Of a stretch of DNA of 64,000 nt, positions 1-13,563 are shown in pieces. The first letter of the stretch is position 1. Every line of letters begins with the position of its first letter. Under the pieces are notes generated by a model that did not search any database, was not told the DNA's origin, and saw only the letters and a list, made by a program, of their open reading frames with translations. The position numbers and the translations under genes are program-made. This DNA is from Octopus sinensis (lineage: Eukaryota), in contig NC_043015.1 of NCBI RefSeq assembly GCF_006345805.1, positions 50,592,001-50,656,000 of the forward strand, given 5' to 3'.

Positions 1-18
1 ACAAACACAGACACACAA

Positions 19-85
<67 letters not shown>

Positions 86-119
86 TACGACGGGCGCGGA
101 AAAACAGAAGTAAAATATT

Positions 120-330
120 TTCTTCTACACTAGGCACAAGGCCCGAAATTTTGGGGGAGGGGGCCAGTCGATTAGATTGACTCCAGTATGCAACTGGTAC
201 TTAATTGATCGATCCCGAAAGGAAGAAAGGCAAAGCTGACCTCGGTGGGATTTGAACTCGGAACATAAAGACAGAAGAAATGCCACTAAGCATTTTGCCC
301 GGCGTGCTACCGTTTCTGCCAAGCTCGCCA
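120..330 (-). mobile_element. SINE family B (tRNA-derived, about 230 bp)
   Basis: Head ggcgagcttggcagaaacggtagc..gagttcaaatccc; core gaggtc.actttgcctttcatcctttc..ataaattaagtaccag resembles, from memory, the Meta/MESC SINE domain (unverified). Other copies at 21215-21420, 21443-21587, 24890-25130, 26720-26953, 42110-42250, 42535-42770 and 52265-52492. Confidence 0.8.
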
Positions 331-1234
331 CTTTACAGAAGTAAAGTATTATGACAATAATGATGATGATGACGATGATGATGGTGGTGGTGGTGGCAGC
401 GATGATGATGGTGATAATGATGACGATGATGATGATGATTTGTGTGCGTGCATCCTCGATGAAAATGCTCATTTCATAAATAGCTGTAAATGAGTTTCCT
501 GTGCTGAAAATTTTCAGAAGAGAAGAAACAAAACAAAAATATATTTTACATACATTCTGTTTGAAAAACATGATACAAATTAAAATTATCATCTTCTTTT
601 CACTTTCATTCTTCATCAATGAGTGCTTGTTGGTTTGTATGTCTTTGTGTGTGTGAATATTTTATATACAATCATGTCTATTTCTTGAATGAATGAAAAT
701 TACTTTCCTCTATTGATAAAATAAGAAACAACATTTTTTTTTTCTGTTTTAAGGGTTCTAGTACCCAGAAATGCATTGATATTATTATGTGCATATATAC
801 ATAGACATGTGTCTATGTAAAAAAAAAAATATGTCTATCACACACACACACACACTTGCATGTGCACACACATACACACATACACACACACACACACACC
901 CATGTATTATTTTATTTTATTTTAACTAGGTTCAGCTCACGAGCTGTGGCCATGCTGGGGCACCACCATATGTATGTATATATATATATGACAGGATTCT
1001 TTCAATTTCCATCTACCGAATCCACTCTTAAGGTTTTGGTTGGCCCAACGCTACAGTTGAAGAAAACGCCCAGGGGCCAAGAAGCAAACTTCTTACCACG
1101 CAGCCACACCTGTGCCTCACAGACACACCTTACTACTCTTTTATTTTCAAAATTAATTGAAACAAAGTGCATTTCAACAGAAATACAGTAACAAAAGGAT
1201 TGAATTTATATTCGAGAAAAATTCCACACCTCCA

Positions 1235-1284
<50 letters not shown>

Positions 1285-1307
1285 CCACCACCACCACCAC
1301 CACCACC

Positions 1308-1341
<34 letters not shown>

Positions 1342-2903
1342 TCATTTAATGTCTGTTTTCCATGCTGGCATGGCTTGGATGGTTTGACAAGAACTGGTAA
1401 ATCAGCCGACTGCCCCAAGCTCTACTGTTTACTTTGGAATGGTTTTTTTTATGGCTGGATACATTTCCTAATGCCAGTCAATTTACAGAATGGACAGGGT
1501 GCTATTCACTTGACACCAGCACCAGTGATGCCTGCCTTGGCATGGTTTTTATGGCTGAATGCCCTTCCTCACACTAACAACTTGCACAGTAGGCTGACTG
1601 CTTTTTATATGGCATCTCCATATTTTATTCAAAACTTATCGACCAAAATCTACCAGAAATCAGACCCTAGCATCATTAAAAAAAAAAAAAAGAAAAGAAA
1701 GGAAACATTAGATAATGTAGTCCTAGATACATTTCGAGAGAGGAATCCTGATGATTGGGCTACCCAGGACTTTCTTACATCTAGCCCAGGCCTGCGCAAA
1801 ACTGGAGAGAATACTGGAGAGGACATGAAATGTAAAAACCAGACTGGATTAGTTTATGCACCACTCCATTGTCTCCCGAGACAAAAGGATGCAAACAAGA
1901 TACATTTATATCTGATTAAAAAAACATGAGGGTCATGGTTGGAATGTGTTTTGATTATGTGTCTGCTTAGTCAAGTCTTACCTGAGGCTAAACAACAATT
2001 CATACAAAGAGATAACCTGATGAACACTCTCAAAACAAACATAATTGTAAATCAGAAACTAAATTAATCTCTATTTTTCTTTTCTTTCTAAAGCAGAAAC
2101 AGCCAAATTCATTGCTAATCCTATTGTATTCTCAAGTAAATACTTATTTTTTTCCTTTTTGTTATGGTTTGGGGAAAGCCTGTACTTCATATAATTTATT
2201 AGCTGTCAGTATATAAGCTAGGTTAAACTTGAAGGTCAAATTTGTATTTTTAGCAAACTGGTTTTCTTCTTACCAAGGGCTTCAGCTTATAAAAGCCATG
2301 TCATTTATATATATATATATAGAGGGAATTTCTTTTTCCTCTGCACTTTTGGCTTGTCTGCATCAGGTCAGTAAGTCAGGATCTATCAATTATTGTATAG
2401 CTTTTACTACTCTGTGTTTTGTATGTGATGTATATCTGTATTTGCATGTGGTATTCGCGTGTGGTATGTGTGTGGTCAGTGCTGGATTAGCCATTAAGCA
2501 AAATAAGCACGAGCTTAGGGCGGCAAGGGAAGGAGCGGCGGTGGGGGGGGGGATACCACAGAAATAGTAAATGGCTTACAGCACAAAAGAAATCACTTTA
2601 AACTTGCTAAAGTAATATTCTGGATGCCTTTATCTCTACTAAGTATAGATGCAGATGTGTTACCTAAGATTAATTTTGAGGATCTGATCAAAGACATTGC
2701 AATTCAAAAAAGTAGGAGGAAACTTTTCAAATACAAAAAAAGTGGAATTATACAAAAATAAACATTATTTTCCCTCTTACTGTTTTTGTTTCGTTTTGAA
2801 AAATAAAAATTTATTTTATGGTTTGTTATTGTTTATATTGTAAATTACAATTAAATTTTGATCCTTGATAGACCCATGTTTATCCTAGTCTTTACCCATA
2901 ACT

Positions 2904-3334
2904 TATTCTTTTATTCTTTTATTCGTTTCAGTCATTTTGACCGTGGCCATGCTGGAACACCATCTTTGGTCGAACAAATCGACCCTAGGACCTATTCTTT
3001 GTAAGCCTAGTACTTATTCTATCAATCTCTTTTGCCAAACCGCTAAGTTACAGGGACGTGATCACACCAGCATCGGTTGTCAAGTGATGGTGGGGGAACA
3101 AACACAGACATACAAACATACACACAAACACACACACACACTCACACACATACGCACACCTATATATACGACATGCTTCTTTCAGTTTCTGTCTACCAAA
3201 TCCACTCACAAGGCTTTGGTCGGCCTGAGGCTATAGTAGAAGACACTTACCCAAGGTGCCACACAGTGGAGCTGAATCCAGAACCATGTGGTTGGTAAGC
3301 AAGCTACTTACCACACAACCACTCCTGCGCCTAT
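2904..3334 (-). mobile_element. SINE family A (tRNA-derived head, central CA/TA tract), full length
   Basis: Head on minus strand ataggcgcaggagtgg..tgtggtaag..tggttctggattcag (A/B-box-like), short-repeat tail. About 25 copies or fragments in the window. Probably one of the described octopus tRNA-SINEs (OK/OR1/OR2); I cannot assign which. Confidence 0.85.
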
Positions 3335-3876
3335 GAACATGTTTGTATATGTATGCCTATGGTTAAACATAGGTAATATACCGGTAATGTAATGGGAACA
3401 TCTATCACTTAGACAGTTATTTTTACCTCTAATTCAACTATTTTGACTTACATAATCTTTTATGGGGGCACCAAAATCTTTTAAGTGCTTAGGGCCTCGA
3501 TGGCTCTTAATCCGGCCCTATGTGTGGTCTTGACATTGTGCAATAGTCGTAAACGATTTTCACTGTCATACAAGCGGTGTTTTTCACTCCTAACCCTTCA
3601 TGGAGAACATGTCCATGTATAGAGAAGTATTATCTTCTTGGGGAACAAATGAAAGCTAGTGACAGAAGGTCATCTGACTGCAGAAAATTTACCTAAATGG
3701 ATTCCATCCAACCCATGCAAGCATGGAAAAGTGGACGTTAGAATGACATGGCAATGATGAACAAGGCTGCAAAATCTGTGATTAAATCTTCCCCAATACT
3801 TGGCTTGGTGCTTTATTTTACTGACCCTTGATGGATGAAAAGTAGACTCAGTTTTGGCAGGATTTGAACTCAGAAC

Positions 3877-4323
3877 ATAGGTTCAGATGTGGCTGTGTGG
3901 TAAGAAGCATGCTTCCAAACCATATCATTCTGGGTTCAGTCCCACTGCGTGACACCTCAGACAAAGTGTCTTTGACTATGGCCTTGCACCAACCAAAGCC
4001 TTGTGAGTGGATTTAGTTGGTGGAAACTGAAAGAAGCCCATCGTATATATGCATGTGAGTGTGTATGTGTGTTTGTGTAGGTGTGTGTGTTTGTGTATGT
4101 GTGTGTGTGTATCTTGTGACTGTCCCCAACCACTGTTGGACAACCAGTGTTGTTGTGTTAACATCCTTGTAACTTAGTGGTGCAGCAAAAGAGATCGATA
4201 GAATAAGTACCAGGCTTTAAAAAAATAAGCCCTGGGTGGCAGGTTGATTCATTCAACTAAAAATTCTTCAAGGGATTGCCGCAGCATGGCCCCAGTCTAA
4301 TGACTGAAACAAGTAAAAGATAA
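3877..4323 (+). mobile_element. SINE family A, diverged full length
   Basis: Colinear with the family A consensus. Confidence 0.8.
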
Positions 4324-4379
4324 ACAATAAATGATAAAGCAAGCTGATAATTGCTACACTGATTACATACATATGGATA

Positions 4380-4928
4380 AGGAGCATGGCTTAGTGGTTA
4401 GGGGCATTCGACTCATAATCATAAGGTCATGAGTTCAATATCCAGCTGCCTATTGTGTCCTTGAGCAAGACACTTTATTTCACATTTCTCCAGTCCACCC
4501 AGCTGGCAAAAATGAGTAGTACCAGTAATTAAAAGGGCCAACCTTGTCACACTCTGTGTCATGCTGAATCTCCCCGAGAGTCACATTAACCCTTTCATTA
4601 CCAACCCGGCTGAAACCGGCTTTGGCTCTGTACTACAAATGTCTTGTTTTCATAAGTTTTGAATTAAAATCTTCCACCAAACCTTAGTCACAATTTATGT
4701 TCCTTACACCAGCTTAATGATAACTAAGTTATTTTACTAAATTCTTTGTAATATTTAACGTAATTGAAAGAAACACAGAGCATCTCAAAATAAACACAGT
4801 AACGAAAGGGTTAAGGATATGCGTGTCTGTGGAGTGCTCAGCCACTTGCACCTTGAATTCACGAGCTAGTTTTTACCGTTGACCAGGTCAACTGGAATAG
4901 TCATCGTCATAACCGACGGAGCGCCAGA
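4380..4928 (+). mobile_element. tRNA-derived SINE with a V/CORE-like domain (second copy 63655-63825 minus)
   Basis: catggcttagtggttagg..gagttcaat head, then tgtgtccttgagcaagacactttatttcac. Confidence 0.75.
4590..4810. mobile_element. piggyBac-type MITE inserted into a SINE
   Basis: TTAA|CCCTTTCATTAC ... GTAACGAAAGGG|TTAA: terminal inverted repeats with a TTAA duplication. The host SINE rejoins cleanly across it. Confidence 0.9.
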
Positions 4929-5179
4929 ACTTATATGTGGGACATATATGCAGAAATTAATAATATAATGATAAATAAAAATTGCGCTTTGAATTGGTAA
5001 CCGGAGGTAGTTGAGGGCAGAAGTCGGTAATGTGGAGATTTGTAATATAATTCATGATGTGAAACTTTGGGACTTTGTCAAATATGCGATGATACAATAT
5101 TGAAAAGCATGGAAGAATAAGGGTGATTTGTCCAGCTCAGTCTACCATGAAAATTGTACATTCACACACATTTTTGCTC

Positions 5180-5495
5180 TCTTTATATATATATAAACAT
5201 ACATACACACACTGACAAAACTGTATGTGTGTGTGTATGTGTGTATGTATGTACATATATGTATACACATAATGCACATTTATAGATATATACATACTTA
5301 TGCAGTACATGTGTATGTGTATATATATATATATATATATGTGCATGTATGCATATATGTATATATATATATGTGCATGTATGCATATATGTATATATAT
5401 ATACACACACATATATGTATATATATACACACATACACACATGTATGTTTATACATACATTATGTATGTGTGAGTATATATATACACACACACAC

Positions 5496-5526
<31 letters not shown>

Positions 5527-5967
5527 TATACATATTTGTTTCTCTGTGTGTACGTGGGATGTGTATATATTTATATATACACACATATCTCAATATACAC
5601 ACACATCTCAATGTACACACGTACACACAAACTGTAAGGATATCTAATTTAGTTAGAGATATCAACATGTTTATAAATAGAAGCTGGCAAAGATGAGCAA
5701 AGTTTGAATATTAAAAGTAATACCTTTAGGTAATGTTCGATGCTAGCAGAGGATGGCTTTCATGGAATATTTATTGCTAAAGCTAATGCAGCAGAAACTG
5801 CAGGTAAATTACCTAAAACAGGAACAATGCATTTAACAGAGTGTCCAAGAAATTTATCATATGCTTCATTGGGTAATATTGCCGCAAGCTCACAAAGAAT
5901 CCACGTATACAAGTGCTTGTGTTCATACATACATATATATATATATATGTGTATATATATATATATT

Positions 5968-6002
<35 letters not shown>

Positions 6003-6091
6003 AGATACATATATACACACATTTGTGCATGTGTGTATGATCACACACATGTATTTATGTCAAGACATATATACATAGGTATATGTTGCAC

Positions 6092-6134
<43 letters not shown>

Positions 6135-6288
6135 CATTACATAAATAGATACACACATCAAGGTATATATATAAGTGTATTTAGATGTGTATGTGTGTGT
6201 GTGTGTGTCTGAATATTATATATATATATATGTGTATATATAAAGGAGGCTTATATACATAATAGAATTATATACAAACATGTAGACT

Positions 6289-6319
<31 letters not shown>

Positions 6320-6746
6320 ATATATACATATACATATACATACATACATATATATATACATATACATACATATATATATATATATATGCACATGCTAATG
6401 TCTACCTCGAGAGACAAAGAGAGATAACAAGTGAGAAAGAAAGAAAATGGCCAAGTGAAAGAGAATAAAAGACTAGCAACAAGAGAGAGAGAGAGAGAGA
6501 GAGGTAGAAAGATATATATATATAGAGAGAGAGAGAGTGAGAAAGAGATATGGATAGATAGATAGAGATAGAGATAGAGAAGGATGGGATAGAACAAGGA
6601 AGAGACATACAGACAGATAGTATTGGTGACTTATAGATTATAACAGTAGTTCAGATTTAACAAAAGAATCGAAGAATATTGATTTACAGCTCAGACATAT
6701 GGAGGCATCATTTTTTTTTCTTTTTTGTTTCTTTTCTTTTTTTCTG

Positions 6747-6802
<56 letters not shown>

Positions 6803-7190
6803 AAGAAAGGAATATGAAGTGGTTATGATGTTCATGCATTTCCCTGCTGTATCAACACTGGAAAATAAGAGTGTTGAAAAATGGACAGTGACCCAGGATT
6901 GGAACCATGATGAGGGAGGGAGAGAGAAAGAGAAAGACAGAAGAAGAGAGAGAGGGGGAGGAGGAAGATGGTCAGGGAGGGACAGAGAAAAAGTGAGGAG
7001 AAAGAAAGAGAAGAGAAAAGACGATAAGTAGAGGTGGGAGGGGAAGTAGGCAGGGAGAGGAGGAGAGAGAGAGAGGAGGCAAAAAGAGCAAAGGAGACAA
7101 ATGAGAGAAGTAAAGAGAGATAAGAGAGAGAGGGAGGAGAAAGACAGATGGAGCAGTGAGGGAGAGAGGGAAGAGGCAGAGAGAGCATGA
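5180..7190. repeat. Compound microsatellite zone: (TA)/(CA) 5180-5630 and 5925-6390; (GA)-rich 6480-7190
   Basis: Directly visible. Confidence 0.95.
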
Positions 7191-7759
7191 GAGGGGCGGC
7201 AGAAATAATTCCATATGGTTGTTTAACTTGGTGGATATAGCAGCCATACCTCCCTCAAATCACATGCTAACATCTTAGGAAAGGGCAGTTTAGATTATAC
7301 AGTAGCAGGTTTCCTTGTACATAGGGATACAAAGAGAAGGTCGTGGTAGGAATACTTTTGATCCTAGCAGTCAGAGCTGAGCTGGGGTTAACAACAGCAA
7401 TGTGGAGGCACAATGGCCCAGTGGTTAGTACAGCGGACTCGTGGTTGTAAGAATGCGGTTTCAATTCCTAGACTGGGCATTGTGAGTGTTTATTGAGCAA
7501 AAGCACCTTAGCTCCACGAGGCTCCGGTAGTGGGGGGAGTGAACCCCGCTGTACTCTTTCACCACAACTTTCTCTCACTCTTTCTTCCTACTTCTGCCAC
7601 AAAGCAGAGGAACCATGGTGTAACCCACTATGGTGTGGTAAACTTTCAGACCCTAGTCTAGATTGCGAATCTTCTGTACCCCAGGATGGTTCAGCTCTCC
7701 ACCCATTTACGGAATGAGGATAACAACATAGCTTTCGCTAATACAAAAAGGGTCAATAC

Positions 7760-8035
7760 AAAAGGGTCAGTTACTTATGATTTTATTCAACATATTCCCT
7801 TCTCAGGTTTACACACTTCTGACAGCACCCTTTCACTTTTTCTTATCCCTGTAAAAGAACCCAGAAATTTGGGCCTCCAGCTAGGCCTTTCATGATACCC
7901 TTAAAGCCAGGAACTTTTCAACACCCTCTCGTTTATATGAGACAGACTTATTGCAGCAGTCCTTCAGTTTTTCTAAACCTTGTAAAAGAACAGAGAAGGT
8001 TAGGCCTCCGAGCAAGCTTTTCATGATACCCTACG
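7760..8035. mobile_element. Mariner-type MITE fragments (one right half plus a partial repeat), same family as 15005-15224
   Basis: Shared caacatattccc...cctttcatgatacccttaaagccaggaacttttcaacacc. Confidence 0.65.
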
Positions 8036-8192
8036 CAGTTTCCATCTACTAAATCGATTCACAAGTCTTTGGTTGGCTCAGGCCTATAGAAGACACTTGC
8101 TCAAGGTGCCACATAGTGGGACTGAACTCAGAACCATGTGGTTGGGAAACGAAGATTGTATCATCTAGCCCTGGCTGAACCTTTTTTTTTTT

Positions 8193-8375
8193 CATACTTG
8201 TTTCAGTCACTTGACTGCGGCCATGCTGGAGCACCGCGTTTAGTAGGGCAAATTGACCTCAGGATTTATTCTTTGTAAGCCTAGTACTTATTCGATCAGT
8301 CTCTTTTGTCGAACTGCTAAGTTACGGGAACATAAACACACCAGCATCAGTTGTCAAGCGATGTTGGGGGAAGAA

Positions 8376-8406
<31 letters not shown>

Positions 8407-8581
8407 CATATATACGATGGGCTTCTTTTCAGTTTCCGTCTACCAAATCCACTCACAAGGCTTTGGTTGGCCCAAGGCTATAGTAGAAGACACTTGCCCG
8501 AGGTGCCACGCAGTGGGACTTGAACCCGGAACCATGTGGTTTGTAAGCAAGCTACTTACCACACAGCCACTCCTGCGCCTG
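8193..8581 (-). mobile_element. SINE family A, full length (5' half-copy adjacent at 8050-8170)
   Basis: Colinear with 2904-3334. Confidence 0.85.
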
Positions 8582-9657
8582 TTATGGGTTTAACTATTAC
8601 AATTTGTTGATTTTAAGATGGTTGGTATTGTTTTACCCCAGATCAGTCCAAATTAAGCAAAAAGATCTTCCCTTATACTCCAAGATATTTTATATCAGAT
8701 TTATTTTCCATAGCATGTGGATTATCAATGTTTGTGTTTTTCTTTAACAACAAGTGTGATTTGAGGAAGATTTGGTTGATATTTTAAGCAAAATAGACAA
8801 CTGATAAGAGACTTTTGCATTATCTTGTGACTGTTGTTGTTGTTGTTAATATAGACAACTTTCTCCCTACTTCACCATTTTAAAGTTCTGTTCATCAGAT
8901 ATCTCACGTAAATGAAAAATGTAAAACAATTTCAGCTTCAGGTCTGAAGAAGGTTAAACCTAACTCTATAAACAAACTAAACAGTTGAGATATCATAGTA
9001 ATAATTATTAAAGAAAACAAAATCACACCCAGAAAATGCATGATTTTCAATTTTTTATATTTTTTTTGTCATTAACAGTTTCTTCCATATATTTACATAA
9101 TGTCTGGCTCTGTTAGTCTGCTGTCTTCAGCTTTTGAAGAATAACATGTTCCTCTCCAAACATAAATACTTCAAAATTTGACAAGCAATGATCTTCAGAA
9201 ATGTAGCACAATGGATTAAAATATTTAATCTTTACAGCAACTATAACACTCTCTCTCAATCACTTTCTGTCTGTCTGTTTGTCTCTCTCTCTCTCTGTCT
9301 CCACGAAGACCTATTGAAGCAAGTGAAAACAAATCAAAATTGTTTGACGTGGCCAATGACAGTACCACCTGATTGGCACTTGTGCCAGTGAAACGTTAAA
9401 AGCACATCCGAGCATGTAGAAAACACTTGCCCAAGGTGCCACGCAGTGGGACTGAACCCAGAACCATGTGGTTTGTAAGCAAGCTACTTACCACCACCAC
9501 CTGTAATAGTCTAATAATCACAATCATTGTGATTATTTTGCCCCCGGGTCTGTCTGGTTGAGCAGACCTACAATCAATGGAATTCTTTCCATGACCATCT
9601 CATTTCATTCCTAGATACAGTGATTTTTTTTTAATAATATAGCAAAGCAAAACAGGT

Positions 9658-10989
9658 AGCTATGTGATACATAATTCCCAATAATGATTGTCGTGGTATT
9701 TATTTTAGCCCTGATCAAACCTAAGATCGAAGATCTTCCAGATGTGGCCATCACACTTTCTTCTTAACTGCAGAGAACCTAGAACCACATTGTCTAACTT
9801 TTTTACTTTTCTTAAATGACATCATGTGATTCAAAGAAGGCTTGACTTGGCTGCTAATTCTAGCAAGTTGAACCAGTACAGCTATGTGATACATAATTCC
9901 CAATAATGATTGTCGTGGTATTTATTTTAGCCCTGATCAAACCTAAGATCGAAGATCTTCCAGATGTGGCCATCACACTTCTTCTTAACTGCAGAGAACC
10001 TAGAACCGCATTGTCTAACTTTTTTACTTTTCTTAAATGACATCATGTGATTCAAAGAAGGCTTGACTTGGCTGCTAATTCTAGCAAGTTGAACCAGTAC
10101 AGCTATGTGATACATAATTCCCAATAATGATTGTCGTGGTATTTATTTTAGCCCTGATCAAACCTAAGATCGAAGATCTTCCAGATGTGGCCATCACACT
10201 TTCTTCTTAACTGCAGAGAACCTAGAACCGCATTGTCTAACTTTTTTACTTTTCTTAAATGACATCATGTGATTCAAAGAAGGCTTGACTTGGCTGCTAA
10301 TTCTAGCAAGTTGAACCAGTACAGCTATGTGATACATAATTCCCAATAATGATTGTTGTGGTATTTATTTTAGCCCTGATCAAACCTAAGATCGAAGATT
10401 TTCCAGCTGTGGCCATCACACTTTCTTCTTAACTGCAGAGAACCTAGAACCTCATTGTCTAATTCTTTTACTTTTCTTAAATGACATCATGTAATTCGAA
10501 GGAGGCTTGACTTGGCTGCTAATTCTAGCAAGTTGAACCAGTACAGCTATGTGATACATAATTCCCAATAATGATTGTCGTGGTATTTATTTTAGCCCTG
10601 ATCAAACCTAAGATCGAAGATTTTCCAGATGTGGCCATCACACTTTCTTCTTAACTGCAGAGAACCTAGAACCGCATTGTCTAATTCTTTTACTTTTCTT
10701 AAATGACATCATGCGATTCAAAGAAGGCTTGACTTGGCTGCTAATTCTAGCAAGTTGAACCAGTACAGCTATGTGATACATAATTCTCAATAATGATTGT
10801 CGTGGTATTTATTTTAGCCCTGATCAAACCTAAGATCGAAGATTTTCCAGCTGTGGCCATCACACTTTCTTCTTAACTGCAGAGAACCTAGAACCTCATT
10901 GTCTAATTCTTTTACTTTTCTTAAATGATATCATGTGATTCGAAGGAGGCTTGACTTGGCTGCTAATTCTAGCAAGTTGAACCAGTACA
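9658..10989. repeat. Tandem array, 6 x 222 bp
   Basis: Unit starts (agctatgtgatacataattc) at 9658, 9880, 10101, 10323, 10545 and 10767; units differ at only a handful of sites. Confidence 0.97.
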
Positions 10990-11457
10990 TAGATGCCTAC
11001 ATAGACATACACTTGTTTACAGCATAAATGCTACAAGAAATATAACATCATGAAGCGAAAAATAACAAGGTAACATTTCATTGTATTCGGTTTTGTAAAA
11101 AAGTGGAAAATCCCAGCAGAGAGGAAACGAAAATATGGAGAATTGCAAAGAGAAATGGGGATGAAAAAAAAAAATACGGTTGGAATATTTCAAACCTCTG
11201 CTGATAAAACTGATGCATTTTTTTTAAATAGAATATTCTATGTTCCTGTTACTATTTACCAAAATATGGTTTTGCAGATATTCTTTCCCTCACCCCCAAC
11301 CCAACATCCTTTGTTAATAGAATTTGGATGGCTTTCGAAAACTTGGTTATTATCATAAAATTGTTGGAAAATACATTTAGTCATTACAAAAGGATCTATT
11401 TTTCTCCCACATGATCCACCCACGGACAATCCTTATCTCCTCTATCATTAATTATGA

Positions 11458-11652
11458 ATAGGTGCAGTCATGGGCGTGTGGTAAGAAGTTTGTTCCTTAG
11501 CCACATGGTATCAGGTTCAGTCCCACTGCATGGCACCTTGGGCACATGTCTTTTACTATAACTTCAGAGAGACTAAGGCCTTGTGAGAGTAAATGGTATG
11601 TGGAAACTGAAAGAAGCTCATAATCTACATACATATTACATATGTGTGTATG

Positions 11653-11690
<38 letters not shown>

Positions 11691-11860
11691 TGTGTCCCCC
11701 AATACTGCTGGACAACTGGTACTGGTGTGTTTATGTCCCCATAACTTAGCGGCTCAGCAAAAGAGTCTGACAGAATAAGTATCAGGCTTAAAAAAAATAA
11801 AAAAGTAGTGGGCTTGATTTGTTTACCTAAAAAATTTTTAAGGCAATTTTCAAGTACCAG
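11458..11860 (+). mobile_element. SINE family A, diverged
   Basis: Head, (TG)n and body are colinear with the family. Confidence 0.75.
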
Positions 11861-12235
11861 TGACACTGGGGTCAATGTAATCAACAATCCCTCTTTCGCA
11901 AAATTACAGGCATTGTTCCAAAATTTGAAATCCTTATTAACTGCTGTAACTTTCTGAGTTCAAATTCCACCAAGGTCAACTTTGCCTTTCAACCTTTCAG
12001 GTTCAATAAATTAAGTACCAGTGACACACTGGAGTCAATGTAATCAACAATCCCTCTTCTGCAAAATTACAGGCATTGTGCCAAAATTTGAAATCCTTAT
12101 TAACTGCTGTAACTTTCTGAGTTCAAATTCCACCGAGGTCAACTTAGCCTTTCAACCTTTTGGGTTCAATAAATTAAGTACCAGTGACACACTGGGGTCG
12201 ATGTAATCAACTACCCCTCTTCCCCCAAATTACAG
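11852..12235 (+). repeat. Tandem repeat, about 2.4 x 161 bp, made of a circularly permuted SINE B segment
   Basis: aagtaccagtgacac recurs at about 11853, 12013 and 12176. Confidence 0.85.
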
Positions 12236-12272
12236 GCCTCATACCTTTCTTTAGTAGAAAAGATTAGCAACA

Positions 12273-12442
12273 ACTGTATTTTCCAGTATAAAAATCAACA
12301 TCACTATCTTTCCAAACCCTGTTGCATTTTTCACATGGAATTTTGGGGCCTCCAAACTCACCTTATTGTGTAAGTTGACCCACCTTTCTTGGCTGTAAAT
12401 TTTGGTCTGCGAAATTCCACTTGTATGCCAGAAAACATGGTC
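12273..12442. mobile_element. Degenerate pogo/Tigger-like MITE
   Basis: Ends ctgtattttccagtataa and cttgtatgccagaaaacatggt approximate the TIR CCGTATTTTCCGGCGTATAAG; internal tgtaagttgacc copy. Confidence 0.5.
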
Positions 12443-12669
12443 GTCTACAGTCAATAGTACTGCCTCTATCCAAATTTGACTTACTGTCACCGAGTGCGCA
12501 TGTACCAGCAAGAGAAGATGCTATTCTCTAGCTGCTGTCTCTATTAAGTCTAATATTTTTATCATGCAATTTCGAACAAGAGAAATGAGTTTGGAGTTTT
12601 TAAAGAATACACAGTACTCGAAATAATGACATCAAACTTTTACTCTATGCATCCAAAAGTCCTCAATTT

Positions 12670-12671
12670 AA

Positions 12672-12705
<34 letters not shown>

Positions 12706-13130
12706 ATATTATTATTATTATTATCAATAATGATATTATTTTATTATTATTATTATTATTATCATTATTATTATTATTATAATATTATTATTATTATTAT
12801 TAATAATAATATTATTATTATTATTGTTATATATTATTACTATTATTAATAATAATGATATTATTATTATTATTATTATTATCATTAATAATAATTATAT
12901 TATTATTATTATTATTGTTATTAATAATAATGATATTATTATTATTATAATTATTATTATTATTATCGTTATATATTATTACTATTATTAATAATGATGA
13001 TATTATTATTATTATAATTATTATTATTATTATCAATAATGATATTATTATTATTATTATTGTTATATATTATTACTATTATTAATAATAATGATATTAT
13101 TAATATTATTATTATTATTATTACAATTAC
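12670..13130. repeat. (ATT)n compound microsatellite with repeated higher-order blocks
   Basis: The block ttatatattattactattattaataat recurs three times. Confidence 0.95.
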
Positions 13131-13446
13131 ATAATTCAAAGTATGACAACACATGTATTTAAACATGCACACACACATACACACACACACACACACAGGT
13201 ACTGTACATGCACCTTTGATGAGTTGTAGTGCACCTGAGCACTATACACAATAATTTCTACCTTTGTATGCTATGCACATGTCCTCTCTTTTCCAGTGTA
13301 TACTGGGTATATGTTATTTAAAAAAATTTTTATCATTTCATTATTATATGTAAACCTCCACACTTTATGTCTGTCTCTGTACTGTCCCCCACATCCTTTG
13401 CCCTTGTGGCAAATAAATAAAATCACTAATATTATTATTATTATCA

Positions 13447-13477
<31 letters not shown>

Positions 13478-13493
13478 TATTATGATATATATT

Positions 13494-13525
<32 letters not shown>

Positions 13526-13563
13526 TGTATTATGTATGTATGTATGTATGCATGTATATATTC

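Noticed and set aside
1640-1930. Natural-looking C-terminal part of the 184-aa ORF 1375-1929
   Set aside because: The ORF is RTE UTR plus an inverted copy of the dispersed repeat that seeds the 222-bp array.
5700-5910. Open frames on both strands with splice-like signals
   Set aside because: The plus-strand AG..GT interval has stops in all frames; the minus peptide (LPNEAYDKFLGHSVKCIVPVL) is unrecognised and has no partner exon.
8850-8965. CTGATGA...GAAA (minus) and CTGAAGA-stem (plus) motifs; also 21124 and 23685-23715
   Set aside because: Helices I and III do not pair or the GAAA box is missing.
9060-9250. Minus-strand frame VKIKYFNPLCYISEDHCLSNFEVFMFGEEHVILQKLKTAD*; similar short open stretches at 11023-11069, 17960-18115, 46815-46868, 53338-53540 and 56387-56470
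   Set aside because: Short, unrecognised and unlinked; this many are expected by chance in 64 kb.
9658-10989. CRISPR-like or coding interpretation of the tandem array
   Set aside because: Units are whole-length near-identical with no unique spacers, the context is eukaryotic, and no sustained ORF exists.
12300-12445. Apparent first exon on the minus strand (accATG FSGIQVEFRRPKF..., donor AAG|gtgagt)
   Set aside because: It lies wholly within a degenerate pogo-like MITE whose ends are recognisable; the peptide is not recognised.
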